A stretch of DNA of 63,512 nucleotides, the filler included, from Pelomyxa schiedti (Eukaryota > Protista > Evosea), in assembly GCA_020536535.1 (NCBI GenBank). It is 11 parts of 11 records of this genome, joined end to end, with 100 filler letters (N's around TTAATTAATTAA, not from the genome) between each part and the next. Parts side by side here need not be neighbours in the genome. Positions count along the whole stretch, not along the records: positions 58,329 to 61,253 come from JAHLWZ010000703.1; positions 61,354 to 63,512 come from JAHLWZ010002100.1; 9 more parts are not named here. The stretch is one strand, 5' to 3'. The notes under the pieces were generated by a model. That model made no database searches. It was not told where the DNA came from and saw only the letters and a list, made by a program, of their open reading frames with translations. Each line of letters starts with the position of its first letter. Within the stretch, counting starts at the first letter, position 1. A program made the translations under genes and the position numbers. Positions 61,065-63,512 of the stretch are shown piece after piece.

Positions 61065-61353
61065 TAACTTAGAAACAACTCCAAATTCGATTTTCTCCAA
61101 TCGCTCCAAAGGACCCCCGCACCTATGACACTGTTTAAACGGTTTAAAACGCTTTCGGAATCGCATTCAAAAGCGTTTCAAAACGGATTCAAACCAGGTT
61201 TAAACCCTTTTGGAATCCCTTTGGGAATCCCCTTTGTTGGATACCAAGGAAACNNNNNNNNNNNNNNNNNNNNNNNNNNNNNNNNNNNNNNNNNNNNTTA
61301 ATTAATTAANNNNNNNNNNNNNNNNNNNNNNNNNNNNNNNNNNNNNNNNNNNN

Positions 61354-61689
61354 GTTCAGAAGGACATCAACAAAGCAGTGACACTGTTCCAGAGGGCTTC
61401 TGATGCTGGTTGTGCCCGGGCAATGTGCAACCTCGGTGTGTGTTACTACACTGGTGATGGTGTTGAGAAGGACATTCCCAAGGCACTCAGGTTGTACCAG
61501 AGGGCTGCTGATGCTGGCAGTTCTGCGGCACTGTCCAACCTTGCATGGTGTTACAAAGAAGGCACTGATGGTTTTTCCAAGGACATACACCAGGCAATGA
61601 GACTGTGGCTTCTGTCTGCTCACCTTGGTTACGCTGATGCCAAAACACAACTCAGAACTCTTCAGTCACAAGGCACCAACAACACCTGA
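61354..61689 (+). CDS. C-terminal Sel1-like repeats (3 units), 5'-truncated
   Basis: KDINKAVTLFQRASDAG..RAMCNLGVCYYTGDGVEKD..KA..LYQRAADAG..AL.NL..CY..G. Confidence 0.92.
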   Translation, partial: VQKDINKAVTLFQRASDAGCARAMCNLGVCYYTGDGVEKDIPKALRLYQRAADAGSSAALSNLAWCYKEGTDGFSKDIHQAMRLWLLSAHLGYADAKTQLRTLQSQGTNNT

Positions 61690-61728
61690 AACAAAGAGAA
61701 TCAATCTTGTTTTTTAAGAATTTTCTGC

Positions 61729-63134
61729 ATGGCAACAACGTGGAGCGATGGCTCCATCACATCGACCTGTGCGGTCACCACACGCGGCCAACTTGACGCC
61801 CTCGCTGCAGGGGCGACGATCGAGCGGTGCGGCGGTGCCAGCGCGATGCAGCGGGTTATGGGACGCGGCCACGCCACGTGGTTCGTCGGCGCGATGTGGC
61901 GCGACCTGGTGCGCCCCACGCGACCAAGGAGTTCGTCCTCCGCGCCAACGTCGCCGGCGCCACCCACTGCGTCTCGTTCGCCCTCTCGCCGCTCCTCCTC
62001 AGCGTCTCAGGCGCCGGCGGCCCGGCGCAGGTCCCCGCGCCGTGGGGCCCGTTGGTCGACGCCCGCCGCGTCGCCATGCTGGAGAGGGGCTACGCGCTGG
62101 GCCCCGGGCCCATCGACGGGTACCTGCTCGGCATCAGGGAGCTGTCGAACCAATCCGGCGCCGTTGTCGCCTGCGCGCGGGGGGACCCCGGCAGCATAAG
62201 GTACTCCTTCGAGTTCGCTGTGAACACCAAGTGGGCCGCGGTGCTGGCGTACCACCCGGAGTTGCCTTCGTCGCTGACCGTGGCGACAGTACCTCCTCCT
62301 GCTGCTGTTGGGGCGGTGTTGGGAACCAGTAATGGGAAGGAGGCCGCCTCCTTCCACGACCGCCGCGGCGTCGTTGTGGGAATGCCTTTGGAAACTGGGT
62401 GCGCCTTGCGCAGCATCCAACTGTTCCCGGACCGCTCTGTTGACAGCGAGGTAATTGTCACTGATTCCACGCGCATGGGCACAACAATTTTTGTTGTTGA
62501 CATGGAGCAAACCTACAACAGTGGGAGCTTGGCCCTTTTGAGCACAACAAAATCCGTGTTGCCAAACCGCTACTTTGATTCCATGATTGTGCTGAGGAAC
62601 TGGGAGCAGCACCGCCATTCTCCTCCTGGCTGTTGTTCCGGATCCCGCACCTTCATTGTCAGAAGTTCCAAACCCGGTGCCATGGCTTCTCAAGCATTTC
62701 ACGTAGAGGAATCAACAGGCATTTCCACAAAAATCCAACGAAGCAATGTGGTTGAGGTATTCAGGGTGTCTGACCCACTGTTCTGTGTGTCATTCCGCCC
62801 AAACAACGAAGAGCCTCAGGAATGGTTCACAATCTATCACCGTGACAAGCCCACTGTTCCACTGGATGTCCTTCAGAACCTCCAAGACGAAAACACACCA
62901 CTCAAGGGAGGTGGTGGTGGCATTGTTGGCAGTGATACTGATGGTGCCACGTGTGATGTGGACCAGGCAGCCCACAGGAGGTTCTTTGCAGAGTCTGGAT
63001 TCGTCTTCCTTCTGTCTGCCAACACGGTTGATGTTATTGAGCCAACATCTGGATTCCTTGTACTCACAATCTCTTTTCCTGGGTGCGGTTCAGAATTCCT
63101 CAGTTCCACACCTTTCTCGTGTTTCTTAACCTGA
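61729..63134 (+). pseudogene. Divergent 'RCG/N.KW' orphan family gene with one frameshift (or sequencing error)
   Basis: N-terminus RGQLDALAAGATIERCGGAS...MWRDLVRP in one frame; remainder (VSFALSPLLL, VNTKW, VVDMEQT..SG.L, FAESGFVF) in another. One extra C at CCCC 61914-61917 fuses them. Confidence 0.72.
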
Positions 63135-63512
63135 CACAGCTTGTGCCCCATCATCACATTTTTGAATCCTGAACAGTCAAAGAAAAAGTGACTTGTGTTC
63201 ATAAAACCCCAAGCAAGTTGTTCTTGTAACAGTCACTGTTCCTTCTGATCTGTGAGGTTGGCCGAAAAATTGCTCCCCCTCTCAAAAATGCAAGGTACAT
63301 CGAAAACGACGAATTATGGGGCACAGCTGGCCTACGCATGGCACTGGGCCTCCAATTCACCTTGCTGTTGGCGAAGAACAATTCCGGGAAACTGTTTCTT
63401 CAAACTGATGATGAGTTCAACTGACGTAACACCGACGACTTGTGGGAGCAGTTCGCGTGGTGGCAGCGACCAACTGGTGAAACTGAACGTTGGTGGGAGG
63501 GTTTTCACCACA

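Noticed and set aside
61130-61253. Run of short palindromes and TTT/AAA/CCC motifs at a contig end
   Set aside because: Not a regular telomeric repeat; resembles low-quality or amplification-derived terminal sequence.
63199-63512. Possible 3' end of a minus-strand gene at the window edge
   Set aside because: Too short to assign a frame or product.

Overview
Eukaryotic draft assembly, not one locus. About 11 separate contigs are joined by artificial N44-TTAATTAATTAA-N44 linkers (1812-1911, 6063-6162, 27544-27643, 32345-32444, 48060-48159, 51022-51121, 52934-53033, 56500-56599, 58229-58328, 61254-61353), and 100-N scaffold gaps have duplicated flanks. Genes are tightly packed, with many short (~40-120 nt) introns and poly-Thr/Gln/Ser tracts. 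The gene set (Roco-type kinase, PPIL6-like cyclophilin, an expanded intronless orphan family, bacterial-type genes) suggests a flagellated amoebozoan protist such as an archamoeba of the Pelomyxa type; this is inference, not proof. Recognisable genes: NAD(P)HX epimerase, NadR-like kinase domain, POT peptide transporter, BAR-PH-ArfGAP-ANK protein, PPIL6-like cyclophilin, LAMTOR2 (missed by the ORF track), CHGN-like glycosyltransferase, RPN3, TSR2, LIM protein, degenerate XPG/PIN protein, decayed SART1, Roco-like kinase, ARL5, Misato, DUF3638-type giant protein, YeiH exporter and Sel1 repeats. Most interesting: (1) a ~997-bp repeated unit carrying two convergent tRNA-derived Pol III elements, one with a long terminal stem rather than a normal tRNA acceptor; (2) an expanded intronless family with a shared N-terminal 'Q..(S/A)LA....RCG..S...(L/M)WR' module; (3) an ARL5 lacking the catalytic Gln; (4) prokaryote-type NadR and YeiH genes in a eukaryotic genome. 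All calls are from motif recognition by eye; exon limits are approximate.
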